A stretch of DNA of 64,000 bases from Candidatus Iainarchaeum sp. GTDB taxonomy: Archaea; Iainarchaeota; Iainarchaeia; Iainarchaeales; 1-14-0-10-31-34. A program made the position numbers and the translations under genes. The notes beneath the pieces were generated by a model that was given only the letters and a program-made list of their open reading frames with translations, was not told the DNA's origin and ran no database searches. Below, in pieces: positions 1 through 9,407 of this stretch. The first letter of the stretch is position 1. Every line of letters begins with the position of its first letter. The DNA lies in assembly GCA_017609625.1 (NCBI GenBank), contig JAFCDN010000004.1, positions 948 through 64,947 of the forward strand. The letters are read 5' to 3'.

Positions 1-8
1 GTAAAAAA

Positions 9-320
9 ATGCAAGCGTATAAAACTGTTTTAATGGAACTCAAAAGAAAAGGGGATTTAGAGAAAGTTAAATGGCTTGAAGGAATGAACAAAAGAATCAC
101 TAAAAGCCAAAAGCAAAGAATAATAGAAAATGACAATGAAGTAATGCAGGAATTGTTTGCGCCAAAATGGGTTTCATGGGATTTAATTTATTCCTGGGCA
201 ACAGAAGGATTAGAAAAAAAGAATTGTGTGCTGTGCGGAAAAAAAGATTCTTTAGGAATGGATTTCAAGGGAAAATTTATGTGTTCAGGCTGTTTTATTG
301 AATTAAAACACAAAATATAG
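9..320 (+). CDS. Hypothetical protein with C-terminal CxxC...CxxC zinc-binding domain (AbrB-C/Gin-like)
   Basis: 103 aa ORF; C-terminus CVLCGK...FKGKFMCSGC. Confidence 0.55.
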   Translation: MQAYKTVLMELKRKGDLEKVKWLEGMNKRITKSQKQRIIENDNEVMQELFAPKWVSWDLIYSWATEGLEKKNCVLCGKKDSLGMDFKGKFMCSGCFIELKHKI

Positions 321-386
321 TCTACATAAACCAAAGGGAAAATTTATTAATAAAAAAATACATGTTTTAAAAGAAGTGACTAAAAA

Positions 387-893
387 ATGTTTAAAGTAGA
401 TGAAAAACTAAGAAAAAAACTTCTTCAGGAAGAATTCAAGCTGAGATCAAAACAACCTCCTTCTTGGGCGAAATTTAAATACAGAAAATTTGTCAGACTG
501 CCAAAAGAAGAAAGAGAAAAAGAAAAGGCAAGAAAAGAACTTGAAGAAGAAGAAAGAAAGAAAACAGAAGAAAAAAAGCGCCTAGCAGAAGAAAAGAAAA
601 GAGAGAAAGCAATAAAAATAAAGGAAAGAAAGAATGCAGCAGAAAAAAGGAAAAAAGAAAAAGAAAAAAGAATAAAGAAAAGAAAAAAAGAAATGGAAAG
701 GAAAGAGAAAGAACGAACAAGGAAAAAAAGGCGCTTAAAAGGAAAAAGAAAGCAGTTGAAAAGGCAAAGAAAATGAAGAAAAAAAAAAGCATTAGAAAAA
801 GTAAAAAAACTCAAGAAGATGAAAGCACTAAAAAAACAAAAAGCTGCTAAAAAATTAAAAAAGAAAACTAAAAAAAAGAAGAAAAAAAGATAA
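387..893 (+). CDS. Lys/Glu/Arg-rich low-complexity protein, apparently disrupted (in-frame TGA at 774-776 / compensating frameshifts in A-tracts)
   Basis: ORF 387-776; same frame resumes ALEKVKKLKKMKALKKQKAAKK to TAA 891-893. Confidence 0.4.
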
Positions 894-898
894 CTGAT

Positions 899-1387
899 TT
901 ATTTTTTCTTTAGGACAGATTTTTTTGCCGCAGGCTTTGGAGCGGCTGCAGGTTTTGCTACTGGAGCTTTAGGTTCAGTTGGTTTGATTACTCCTTTTAA
1001 TTCTTTTAATGCTTCTGCTTTCATTTTTTTGTATTCTAAATCTGAAGTAAAATCAGAAGAAAAAACATTTTTTTCTTCTTTTCCTAAAGAAAGGTTTTTT
1101 GGGGAGCTTTTCAGAAAATCATCTAATTTCATTTTGCTTTCAGCTTCTTTTGGAGACTCTTTTATTAATTCACTTACATTTCCTGAAGGAGCATATTCAA
1201 CTTCTGTTTTTGCAGGAACAGCAGAAGAGAAATCATAGTAAATTCTCCAGACCATTATTGCTGCAATAACAAAAATCACTGCAGCAATCACTAAATTGAA
1301 GGGGTCAATTTTTGTTAAGAAAAAAATTGAAGCTATTCCCAAAATTAAAATGATTACCGGAAAAGCATATTTTATTTTAAATTCCAT
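899..1387 (-). CDS. Hypothetical membrane protein (2 N-terminal TM helices, Lys/Pro/Ala-rich tail)
   Basis: Two hydrophobic segments then charged low-complexity tail. Confidence 0.7.
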   Translation of the reverse strand: MEFKIKYAFPVIILILGIASIFFLTKIDPFNLVIAAVIFVIAAIMVWRIYYDFSSAVPAKTEVEYAPSGNVSELIKESPKEAESKMKLDDFLKSSPKNLSLGKEEKNVFSSDFTSDLEYKKMKAEALKELKGVIKPTEPKAPVAKPAAAPKPAAKKSVLKKK

Positions 1388-1529
1388 TTAAACCTAAAGT
1401 AATAGAAACTTGAATTATTTAAACATTTCTATAAAAAAAAAAGAAAAGCATAGATTTTAATAGAAAAACAAACAAAACATAATACATAATCAAATGTTAA
1501 AAAAACACAGAGGATCCGGGGATGGATAA

Positions 1530-4500
1530 ATGAAAGGACAAGCTGAATTAATTGCGGTAATTGCAGTAATAGCTATTGCAGTTGCAGCTGTTTTAATTTC
1601 TCAGGGAACCCCAACAGGACTGGCTGTTGGAACTCCAACTGGATTAGATGCAAAACACAATTCAGAAGCAATAAAAGGAACTATTGATTTGGAATGGGAT
1701 ATAGTTTCTGGAGCAGACAATTATGAAATCTATTGGGGCGCAACTTCTACTGCAGACACTTATTTATACACTAAAGCAGGAGCTTCTTATACTCATGCAA
1801 TTCCTTCTCCTCAGGCAATAAAATATTATTATAAAGTCCGTGCATGCAATACTGCTGAAGGCTGCGGAAGCTTTTCTAATGTAGTAAATGAATTTCCAAA
1901 AATCGGGGTGACTGCATTAGGGCCTTTTAATGCAACAATAGGAGAAACAATTACTTTAACCAGTGCAGTAGAATATGCTGCAAGCCCTCCGGTTTTTCCA
2001 ATGCCTCCAATTTATACTTGGACTTATGATTACATAGAATCTAGTGCATTGTGTATTGAACCTGCAGACACAGAAACAACTACAACTTCCTGCTCTACTG
2101 ACGGAACAGCAGTATTTAAGTTATCAGTTTATGCAAACTATAATGACACTGAAGAAGACACTATAACAATAACCATTGGAGATAATACTCCTCCAGAAAT
2201 AACAATTGTAGCTCCAACAGATGGAGAAGGAGTAAGCGGAACAATACAAATTAATGCAAATCCCTATGATCCAAGCGGAATAGATAACACAATTGGAGTG
2301 AAATTTGAAATTGACGGAATACAAAAGTGTGTTAAACACGAAGTAACAGATAATCCAGCTGGCCCAGATTATTACACCTGTGATTGGGATACAACAGAAA
2401 ACACAGATGGAACCCATACAATTACAGTAAGTGCAACAGACACTAAAGGAAATTCCGGCTCTGCTTCAATTACAGTAAATGTAAGCAATACAGATCCAAC
2501 TTATCCTGATGTAACTATAACCCAGCCTGCAGAAATGGAAAAAATAAGCGGAACCTATGCTGTAAAAGTAACTGCTTTAGATTTAGAAAGCGGAATAGAT
2601 AAAGTAAATTTTTATGTTGACGGATTACCAAAAGACAGTGATAATACTCCTCCTGCCCCATTTACTTGGAACTGGGATACAACAATAGGAGAATATCCTG
2701 ACGGACAGTATGAACTTTTAGTTGAAGCAATAAACGGAGCAGGCCTTGCATCAACTGATTCAGTAAATGTTGTTATAGAAAACAATCCAGATTTAACTGA
2801 TCCAGTGGTAAGCTTTCTTAACCCATCAAATGGAGATACTGTAAGAGAAACAACAGATATTATAGTAACTGCTTCAGACCCTGAAAGCATGATTACAGAA
2901 ATAGAAATTTCAATTGATAGCATTGTAAAAAAAACCTGTAGTGAGCCAAGCTCTGCTACTTTATGTTCTTATTCTTGGAATACAACAGCAGAAGCAGATG
3001 GAAGCACGCATACAATTCAGGCAAAAGTTACAAACGGTTATGGAACAACAAAAACAGTTTCTATTGATGTAACAGTAGACAACTCGGTAAACCCTTTAAC
3101 TCCTTTGTGGATTACAGCTGAACCAGGAGATTACGCTGGAACAATAAAAGTTAACTGGGAGCAAGTTCCAGCAGATAATTATATAGTTGAATGGGAAGAA
3201 ACTTTACCCGGAAGACAAATGACTACAAGCCAGGGGCCAATAAATATTAATGTTAATGACCCAAACAAAGAAAGAAAATCTTATACATTTAGAGCCACGG
3301 GCTGCACCACCATTCCACAAGACTGTGGTGATTGGACTGATGAAGTAACTGCTTATCCAAAAATCGGGGCAGCAATGAGTTGCCCAACTGAAGCACAAGT
3401 AAATCAAGAAATAATGATTAATGGATGGGCAGAATATGCTTCAGAGCCGATAACAAAAATATGGAATTTAACTGAAACAACAGGCTGTACTGAAACATAT
3501 TATTTAGAAAATTTAAGATTAACATGTCCTACAGCAAGAACAGTTACAGTTTCATTAACAATTAATGCAAACAGCCAGACAGCAACAACTGACACAGTGG
3601 AAATAAGCATTACAGAAGAAGGCGATTCAACCCCGCCAGAAGTTTCAATCAGTTCTCATGTAACAGGAGACAATGTAAGCAGAGATGTAACAATAACTGC
3701 AACAGCAACAGACGCAGGCGGAATAAAACAAGTGAAGTTTTTTATTGACGGAACAGAAAAAACACCTGCTGATACAACTTTTCCATATGAATATCAGTGG
3801 GACACAACAGGATTAGATGATGGGACAACATATACACTAAAAGCTGAAGCAGAAGACAATTCAGGAAACACAAAAACATCAGATGAAGTTGTAGTAACAG
3901 TAGACAATAGTTCAAGCGATACAATCCCTCCGACAGTAGAAATAACTGCTCCTTTAGACGGAGAAACAAGAGAAGGAACAGTGAATATAACTGCAACAGC
4001 AACAGATTCAGACACTGGAATACAAAATGTGAAATTTTATGTTAATGATATATTAAAAACAACTGATTCAAGTTATCCTTATTCTTATTCTTGGGGAACA
4101 GCACAAACTGCTGATGGAACACTAGTTTCAATTAAAGCAAAAGCAACAGACGGAGCAGGAAATACAGCAGAAGATGAAATAAATGTAACAATAGACAATT
4201 CAGGCGCAGAATGCGGAAACAATGTCTGTGAAACAGGAGAAAACAATTCAAACTGTCCAAACGACTGTCCAGCAACTCCTTCATGCGGAAACGGAACAAT
4301 AGATTTAGGAGAAGACTGCGAAGAAGATGCCGACTGTTCTGCAACAATTTATCCAAGAACAGACTGTGACACACAAAACCAAAAATATGGAACAAGAAGT
4401 ATAACCTGTTCTGCTTGCGATTGCACAGCAGGACAATGGAATTACTCTGAAACAAACTACTGCAATAACTGTGATTCCTGCGGAGACGGAACACAAAACT

Positions 4501-5213
4501 GCAATGAAACATGCGAAACCTGCCCCTCAGATGTAACTGGATGTGTAGATGAACCTCCGGCAAAACCAACAGGATTAGAAATAGTAAGAACAACAGAAGA
4601 CTCAATTATTTTGCAATGGAATCCAAACTCAGAATATGATTTAAGAAGATATATTATTTATTACGGAAAAAGTTCAGGAAACTACACTAAAGAAGAAATT
4701 GCATTGAAAACTGAAACAGAAATAATTATAACTGGATTGCAGGAAGACACAACTTATTATATTGCAATAAAAGCAGAAGATGTAGGAGAACAAAAAAGCT
4801 CTTATTCAGATGAAATTAATGCAACAACAAAAAAGGAACAAATAATAGTTCTGGTTCCAGAAGGATTAACAGCAATACAAGAAGGAGAAAATATTAAGCT
4901 TAAATGGGAGCATACAGATCCAGAACCGGATTATTATATTATTGCAAGAAAAGAAAAAGAAGATTCTTTTGAAGAACTTGGAAACACCACAAACAATGAA
5001 TACACAGATGAAGAAGTGGAAACAGGAAAAACTTATGTGTATAAAGTTGCTTCATTTAAAAACGAAGAAATGAGTGAATACTCTGAAGAAATGGAAATTG
5101 AAGTAAAAGAAAAAGAAGAACCAGAAGACAATATAATTGAATGGGGTATTGCTGCTACAATAGTTGCAATCTCTGCTGCACTGGCTTATGTGTTCTTTGC
5201 ATTTGATATTTAA
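1530..5213 (+). CDS. Large cell-surface protein: class III-like signal peptide, FN3 and repeated Ig-like domains, Cys-rich repeats, C-terminal TM anchor
   Basis: MKGQAE + hydrophobic stretch; repeated DxxxPxVxIxxP...WDTT...DGxxxIxxxAxD units; CGNxxxExGE Cys repeats; FN3 (PAKPTGL...LQWNP...YYIAIKA); C-terminal hydrophobic helix. Confidence 0.85.
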   Translation: MKGQAELIAVIAVIAIAVAAVLISQGTPTGLAVGTPTGLDAKHNSEAIKGTIDLEWDIVSGADNYEIYWGATSTADTYLYTKAGASYTHAIPSPQAIKYYYKVRACNTAEGCGSFSNVVNEFPKIGVTALGPFNATIGETITLTSAVEYAASPPVFPMPPIYTWTYDYIESSALCIEPADTETTTTSCSTDGTAVFKLSVYANYNDTEEDTITITIGDNTPPEITIVAPTDGEGVSGTIQINANPYDPSGIDNTIGVKFEIDGIQKCVKHEVTDNPAGPDYYTCDWDTTENTDGTHTITVSATDTKGNSGSASITVNVSNTDPTYPDVTITQPAEMEKISGTYAVKVTALDLESGIDKVNFYVDGLPKDSDNTPPAPFTWNWDTTIGEYPDGQYELLVEAINGAGLASTDSVNVVIENNPDLTDPVVSFLNPSNGDTVRETTDIIVTASDPESMITEIEISIDSIVKKTCSEPSSATLCSYSWNTTAEADGSTHTIQAKVTNGYGTTKTVSIDVTVDNSVNPLTPLWITAEPGDYAGTIKVNWEQVPADNYIVEWEETLPGRQMTTSQGPININVNDPNKERKSYTFRATGCTTIPQDCGDWTDEVTAYPKIGAAMSCPTEAQVNQEIMINGWAEYASEPITKIWNLTETTGCTETYYLENLRLTCPTARTVTVSLTINANSQTATTDTVEISITEEGDSTPPEVSISSHVTGDNVSRDVTITATATDAGGIKQVKFFIDGTEKTPADTTFPYEYQWDTTGLDDGTTYTLKAEAEDNSGNTKTSDEVVVTVDNSSSDTIPPTVEITAPLDGETREGTVNITATATDSDTGIQNVKFYVNDILKTTDSSYPYSYSWGTAQTADGTLVSIKAKATDGAGNTAEDEINVTIDNSGAECGNNVCETGENNSNCPNDCPATPSCGNGTIDLGEDCEEDADCSATIYPRTDCDTQNQKYGTRSITCSACDCTAGQWNYSETNYCNNCDSCGDGTQNCNETCETCPSDVTGCVDEPPAKPTGLEIVRTTEDSIILQWNPNSEYDLRRYIIYYGKSSGNYTKEEIALKTETEIIITGLQEDTTYYIAIKAEDVGEQKSSYSDEINATTKKEQIIVLVPEGLTAIQEGENIKLKWEHTDPEPDYYIIARKEKEDSFEELGNTTNNEYTDEEVETGKTYVYKVASFKNEEMSEYSEEMEIEVKEKEEPEDNIIEWGIAATIVAISAALAYVFFAFDI

Positions 5214-5224
5214 GGTGATTTAAA

Positions 5225-5509
5225 ATGTTTTTGAAAAACAAGCATAATATAAAAATCAGGTTTACTGTGCTTGCTTTGGTTGTAGGGTTTCTTGCAGGTT
5301 TTTTTTCTGTTATTTATTTAAGCAGTACAGGAAACCTTGCTTTAGAATTAAACCAAAAACCCTGCTTTAAGTATACAGGAAAAGACCCTAATGCTTTCTG
5401 TGATGAAAAAGGAAAGTTACATGTTTTTTTTGAAGGAAACAGTGAACTGGAAAAAGGATGGTATGTTACAGACTCAAAGCAGTGTGTTTCATGCAGTAAA
5501 ATAAGGTGA
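5225..5509 (+). CDS. Small single-TM protein with Cys-containing extracellular domain
   Basis: One TM helix, 4 Cys; GGTGA SD-like motif upstream. Confidence 0.6.
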   Translation: MFLKNKHNIKIRFTVLALVVGFLAGFFSVIYLSSTGNLALELNQKPCFKYTGKDPNAFCDEKGKLHVFFEGNSELEKGWYVTDSKQCVSCSKIR

Positions 5510-5742
5510 AAAAAATGGAAGAAAAACAAAAAAGAATGGCTTTGCTTTTTGCAATGTTTTTTATTGCAAGCTTAAGTGTAATGCTTTTATTCAATGAAGG
5601 AGTTGAAGGACAGGCAATAAAAGAGTTTGATTCCAAAAAAGAAAAAAGTGCCGAATGCACTGAAATATGCGATAAAAAAATGCATGAAGAAACTTTAGCT
5701 TACAATAGCTGGAATCAATGCCACGAAGAATGCATGAAGTAA
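5506..5742 (+). CDS. Small single-TM protein with CxxxC...CxxxC
   Basis: Overlaps previous stop (GTGA); TM helix; CTEIC, CHEEC. Confidence 0.55.
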   Translation: MKKMEEKQKRMALLFAMFFIASLSVMLLFNEGVEGQAIKEFDSKKEKSAECTEICDKKMHEETLAYNSWNQCHEECMK

Positions 5743-5776
5743 AAAAAATTCTTTAAAAAAGAAAAAAGCCGTTAAA

Positions 5777-6121
5777 TTACTTTTTTTCTTCTTTTTCGTC
5801 TTTTTTTCCTTCCAGTTTGCTTTTTAGTTTGTTCATTTTGTCTATTGAAATCTCTTCCTGTTTTTGGACTGTTTTAATTCTTAAGTCAACTGCTTCAACC
5901 TGTTTCTCTAAATCTTTTTTTACTTGTTCAACAGGTGTTAAAACCAGGATGTTTCCTACTGCTTTGTATACTTTTTCTTCTTTTGTTTTAGAAACTTCTT
6001 CCAGAGTTTCTTTTAATAGTTTATCTTGAAACTGAAGCTGTTGTTTTTGGTTAGACAACTGCATTAACTGATTTCTTTGCCTTTCAAAATCAACTTTTTC
6101 TTGGTCTATTCCGTTAGTCAT
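5777..6121 (-). CDS. pfdB: Prefoldin subunit beta
   Basis: Coiled coil with VYKAVGNILV beta-hairpin; end of exosome superoperon; probable start ATG 6121. Confidence 0.92.
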   Translation of the reverse strand: MTNGIDQEKVDFERQRNQLMQLSNQKQQLQFQDKLLKETLEEVSKTKEEKVYKAVGNILVLTPVEQVKKDLEKQVEAVDLRIKTVQKQEEISIDKMNKLKSKLEGKKDEKEEKK

Positions 6122-6371
6122 TTGTTTTACCTCCACTTAAATCATTGAATAAAATCAAGGGTTTCATTACAGAATTAAATGAAGCCCTTAAAGCTGTTTT
6201 ATCCTTTGCTTTAATATTAATTGCAAAAACATTCTTTTTAATTGTAATGCTTGTAATGCTTCTTGCCTTTGAATTCATTACATCCTGTGCAATTGCTTTT
6301 AATGCAAGTTCTGCATCTTTTTTTGAATTAAAAAAAACATTTGCATCCAAAAAGTAACTATAATCTTTCAT
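6114..6371 (-). CDS. pcc1: KEOPS complex subunit Pcc1
   Basis: IKAKDKTALRASFNS motif; canonical position upstream of pfdB. Confidence 0.85.
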   Translation of the reverse strand: MKDYSYFLDANVFFNSKKDAELALKAIAQDVMNSKARSITSITIKKNVFAINIKAKDKTALRASFNSVMKPLILFNDLSGGKTND

Positions 6372-6379
6372 TCAAATAT

Positions 6380-6538
6380 TCACTCTGCTTTAATTTTTCT
6401 AACTATTGGCTGGTTTAATTTGGTTATTATTTTATATGCACAGCTTGGACAGCGAAAAACTCCTTTTGGAAGTTCATCAAATTTTTCTCCGCATTTAAGG
6501 CACTGGTATTTTCCCTGCTCTTCTTTCTTTTTTGCCAT
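6380..6538 (-). CDS. rpoP: RNA polymerase subunit P (Rpo12); not in supplied ORF track
   Basis: Manual translation MAKKKEEQGKYQCLKCGEKFDELPKGVFRCPSCAYKIITKLNQPIVRKIKAE; YxCxxC...RCPxCxYKI motif; follows rpl37ae. Confidence 0.9.
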   Translation of the reverse strand: MAKKKEEQGKYQCLKCGEKFDELPKGVFRCPSCAYKIITKLNQPIVRKIKAE

Positions 6539-6550
6539 TCAACCACCCCT

Positions 6551-7027
6551 CTATTTTTCCTTCTTTTCTTTTTTCTCAGTTTTTTGTTCAACCTTTTGTT
6601 TTGGTAAAGCTTTTTCTAAAAGGTTTAAAGGTTGTTTGTCAATTCCCAAAACGCTTTTTGCTTTTGTAATCAGCTTTTCTTTTTTTGATTCCTTTTTTTC
6701 TTCTTTTTGGTCAAGCTTTTTCTCTGAAAAAGGTTGCTCTAGCCCTTCTTCTAGAACTTCTGGAGTGTATTTTTTCTGCATAACCATTTTTTTGATTAAA
6801 GAGCCAGTCATAGTTTTTGGAACATATGCTCCGCCTGCAAATTCTTTTTTGCATTTAGTGCAAAAATAAACTCCTGCTGCTTTTCTCTTTAAAACCCCTA
6901 AACTGCATTCAGGACAAGAGTGTTTTTCTTTCTGCTGGGTTTCAACTTTTAATACCCTTTTTCTTATTCCTACTCCGTATCTTGAACCAAATCTTCCTGT
7001 TGAATGAACTTTTCTTGTCCTGCCCAT
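6551..7027 (-). CDS. rpl37ae: 50S ribosomal protein L37Ae (eL43) with long C-terminal extension
   Basis: GRFGSRYGVGIRK, CPEC...CTKC zinc ribbon, FAGGAY. Confidence 0.95.
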   Translation of the reverse strand: MGRTRKVHSTGRFGSRYGVGIRKRVLKVETQQKEKHSCPECSLGVLKRKAAGVYFCTKCKKEFAGGAYVPKTMTGSLIKKMVMQKKYTPEVLEEGLEQPFSEKKLDQKEEKKESKKEKLITKAKSVLGIDKQPLNLLEKALPKQKVEQKTEKKEKKEK

Positions 7028-7037
7028 TAAAACACCT

Positions 7038-7820
7038 TTACAACTTTTTTCTTATTTCTTTTGCTGTTTTGAATGCAACATCTATTGCATTGTCTACATC
7101 GTCTTTTTTTATTGAACCGCTTAAGCCTTTCTGGAAAGCAGAAACAAAATTGTCTTCTGTTGTTGCAACAGAAAATCTTGCCTGAGCTGCAGTTTCCTCT
7201 AAAAGTGTAGAGTCTAAAATCATTGTATTACCTATTTTTGAAAAAGTGCTCAGCAAAGGCTTTCTTTTCAGCTTTAATTTTCCACTGTATTCTCCTTTTA
7301 CAATTTTTTCGTCTTCTACTTTTGGCACTTTTGCTTCAGTTAATGCTGCAAGAGCTGCAATTGATCCTGCATCAAAAAGATTTCCATCATGGTTTATTGC
7401 ATACATGTCAATAAATCCAATGAAAACAAATTCTCCTTGTTTAACACAGAGCTTTTCAAAGTCCACTGCTTTTGATTCTCTTATTCCTCTGTCTATTACT
7501 CTTGAGATTTCAATTGAAGCAGTTGAAGGCGGTCCAGATTCAAAATAAGGTGAAGCTAAAGGAATTAATTCCATTCCAGTTGAAATTGTCCCTTCATTTG
7601 GCATGTCTGGATAGGGTGTTCCTAAAAGAAATTTAACTCCTGCAATCACTTCGGTGTTTCCAAGAGTTACTTTAGCTGAACCTTCAGCATTCTGGTAAAT
7701 GTCTTTTTCTATTTTTAGTTCCCTGTATTCATCTACTTTTCTTGCATCCAGTCTTTTTCCTTCTTTTAATGCAGTAACTACTTTTTCTGCTTTAAAATCA
7801 AGTAACATATCTTTTTGCAT
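7038..7820 (-). CDS. rrp42: Exosome complex component Rrp42
   Basis: RNase PH fold: NAEGSAKVTLGNTEVIAGVK, FESGPP, RVIDRGIRES, HDGNLFDA; likely start ATG 7820. Confidence 0.95.
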   Translation of the reverse strand: MQKDMLLDFKAEKVVTALKEGKRLDARKVDEYRELKIEKDIYQNAEGSAKVTLGNTEVIAGVKFLLGTPYPDMPNEGTISTGMELIPLASPYFESGPPSTASIEISRVIDRGIRESKAVDFEKLCVKQGEFVFIGFIDMYAINHDGNLFDAGSIAALAALTEAKVPKVEDEKIVKGEYSGKLKLKRKPLLSTFSKIGNTMILDSTLLEETAAQARFSVATTEDNFVSAFQKGLSGSIKKDDVDNAIDVAFKTAKEIRKKL

Positions 7821-7821
7821 T

Positions 7822-8691
7822 TTATTGCACCTCTGCTTTTTTTTCTTCTTTTTTTTGGCCAGTTTTTTGGTCAACCTTTTGTTTTGGTAAATCTTTTTCT
7901 AAAAGATTTGAAGGTTGTTTTGGCAAAGCTTTTTCTGAAAGCTTTGAAGCCTGTTCAAATTCTTTGCTTTCATACTTTTCTTTCAATGCCTTAATCTGAA
8001 GTTTTTTTATCCCTTCAATTGATTTTACTGCTACTTCAAATGCTTCATCAAATTCTTTTTTTGAAAACAGTCCATCCATTTGAAGCAAAACAATTTCTTT
8101 AGAGTTAGACATTAATGCAATTGGCATGTCAACTGCATCCGGCGCATCTTCTTCGTCTTTGTTTAAGTCAACTATTATTTTTCCGTCAGCTCTTCCAACT
8201 GCAACTGATGTAACCAAATCTTTCATGGGAATTCCTGCATCAGCCAAAGCAACTGAAGCAGCAGTTAAAGCTGCAGCTCTAGAGCCTGCATTGCTGTCTA
8301 AAATCTGCGCCCAGACTTCAATCTGAGAGTTAGGGTATTTTTCAAGAAAAACTGATTTCTCAAGTGCTTCACCGCAGACTTTTGATATTTCAATATCTCT
8401 TCTTCCTGGCTTTGGGTTTTTTCTGTCTGGAACAGAAAACGCAGCCATTCTGTAAGTGAATTTCAATAAAGCCTTTAATGGGTTTGCAGTGTGTTTTGGC
8501 AAAGCTTCTCTTGGGCCTTGAACTGAAACAAGAACTTTGTTTTGACCCCATTCCAGATAACAGGATCCTTTTGCGTTTTTTAATACTCCTGCTGTAATTT
8601 TTATTGGTCTTGTTTCATCAATTTTTCTTCCGTCTAATCTTAATCCTTTTTTGTTTACATAAACTTTCTTTTCTTCTTTTTCTGTCGCCAT
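7822..8691 (-). CDS. rrp41: Exosome complex exonuclease Rrp41
   Basis: RLDGRKIDETRPI, GPREALPKH, YRMAAFS, LLQMDG. Confidence 0.95.
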   Translation of the reverse strand: MATEKEEKKVYVNKKGLRLDGRKIDETRPIKITAGVLKNAKGSCYLEWGQNKVLVSVQGPREALPKHTANPLKALLKFTYRMAAFSVPDRKNPKPGRRDIEISKVCGEALEKSVFLEKYPNSQIEVWAQILDSNAGSRAAALTAASVALADAGIPMKDLVTSVAVGRADGKIIVDLNKDEEDAPDAVDMPIALMSNSKEIVLLQMDGLFSKKEFDEAFEVAVKSIEGIKKLQIKALKEKYESKEFEQASKLSEKALPKQPSNLLEKDLPKQKVDQKTGQKKEEKKAEVQ

Positions 8692-8710
8692 ATTTTTCAC
8701 CTTTTCTTTT

Positions 8711-9322
8711 TTATTTTCTTTCTTTAGCTAAAAATTCTCCAATCTTATTTGTCAAGTTTGGCATGTGCGCTTCTTTTTCAATTTTTTTTAGTGCCCTAAA
8801 CAATAATTCAGTGTCTCCGCCTTTAGCCCAGATTCTTCCATTTCTTCCTATTATAATATTGCAGTTTGTTCCTCTCTTTAAAGCATCAAGCATTGAAGCA
8901 TTTTTTCCGATTACTCTTGGAATTTTTATTGAACAGATTGAAAAAATTTCTCCCCCATAAAAAACCCTTGTGTCCCCTACGTCTGCTTCGTTTAATTCAT
9001 TTACTTTAATTACTTTAACTGAAACAATAGAGCCTCTTTTCAATGGTTCTCTTACAGAATCCTTTGAAAGGAATGAAAGATACAATGAACCAATGTCCAC
9101 TAAAAAACCTGAAAAAAGTTCCTGTGCAATCAAACCAATTACTATATCGTTTTCTTTTGGAATATAAAATCCCTTTAATGCAACAACTGAAGCATTCATT
9201 GATTCAGTGTCAGTTATTCCAATTACATCAGAATAGATTTTTCCATTCTGCAAGTAAACATGTTCTCCTGTTCTTTTTCTTTGTTCTGTTACTATTTCTC
9301 CTGGAACTACAATTTTTTTCAT
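8711..9322 (-). CDS. rrp4: Exosome RNA-binding protein Rrp4
   Basis: IVVPGE, S1 domain, KH motif IPRVIGK...GRNGRIW. Confidence 0.93.
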   Translation of the reverse strand: MKKIVVPGEIVTEQRKRTGEHVYLQNGKIYSDVIGITDTESMNASVVALKGFYIPKENDIVIGLIAQELFSGFLVDIGSLYLSFLSKDSVREPLKRGSIVSVKVIKVNELNEADVGDTRVFYGGEIFSICSIKIPRVIGKNASMLDALKRGTNCNIIIGRNGRIWAKGGDTELLFRALKKIEKEAHMPNLTNKIGEFLAKERK

Positions 9323-9342
9323 TATTTTTCCTCCTATCTACA

Positions 9343-9407
9343 ACACGACTTTATGTTGTGTTTCGGTGTTAACGGACGAAACCGTTACTAAACTGCCGAA
9401 ACAGTTT
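9343..9407. repeat. Cluster of short REP-like hairpins
   Basis: ACACGAC-TTTAT-GTTGTGT, AACGG-ACGAAA-CCGTT, AAACTG-CCGAAA-CAGTTT; last unit matches ~16098-16119 in inverted orientation. Confidence 0.7.

Noticed and set aside
6371-6380. Missing Brix/Imp4 gene between rpoP and pcc1
   Set aside because: Loss from this superoperon is common in archaea; not distinctive.
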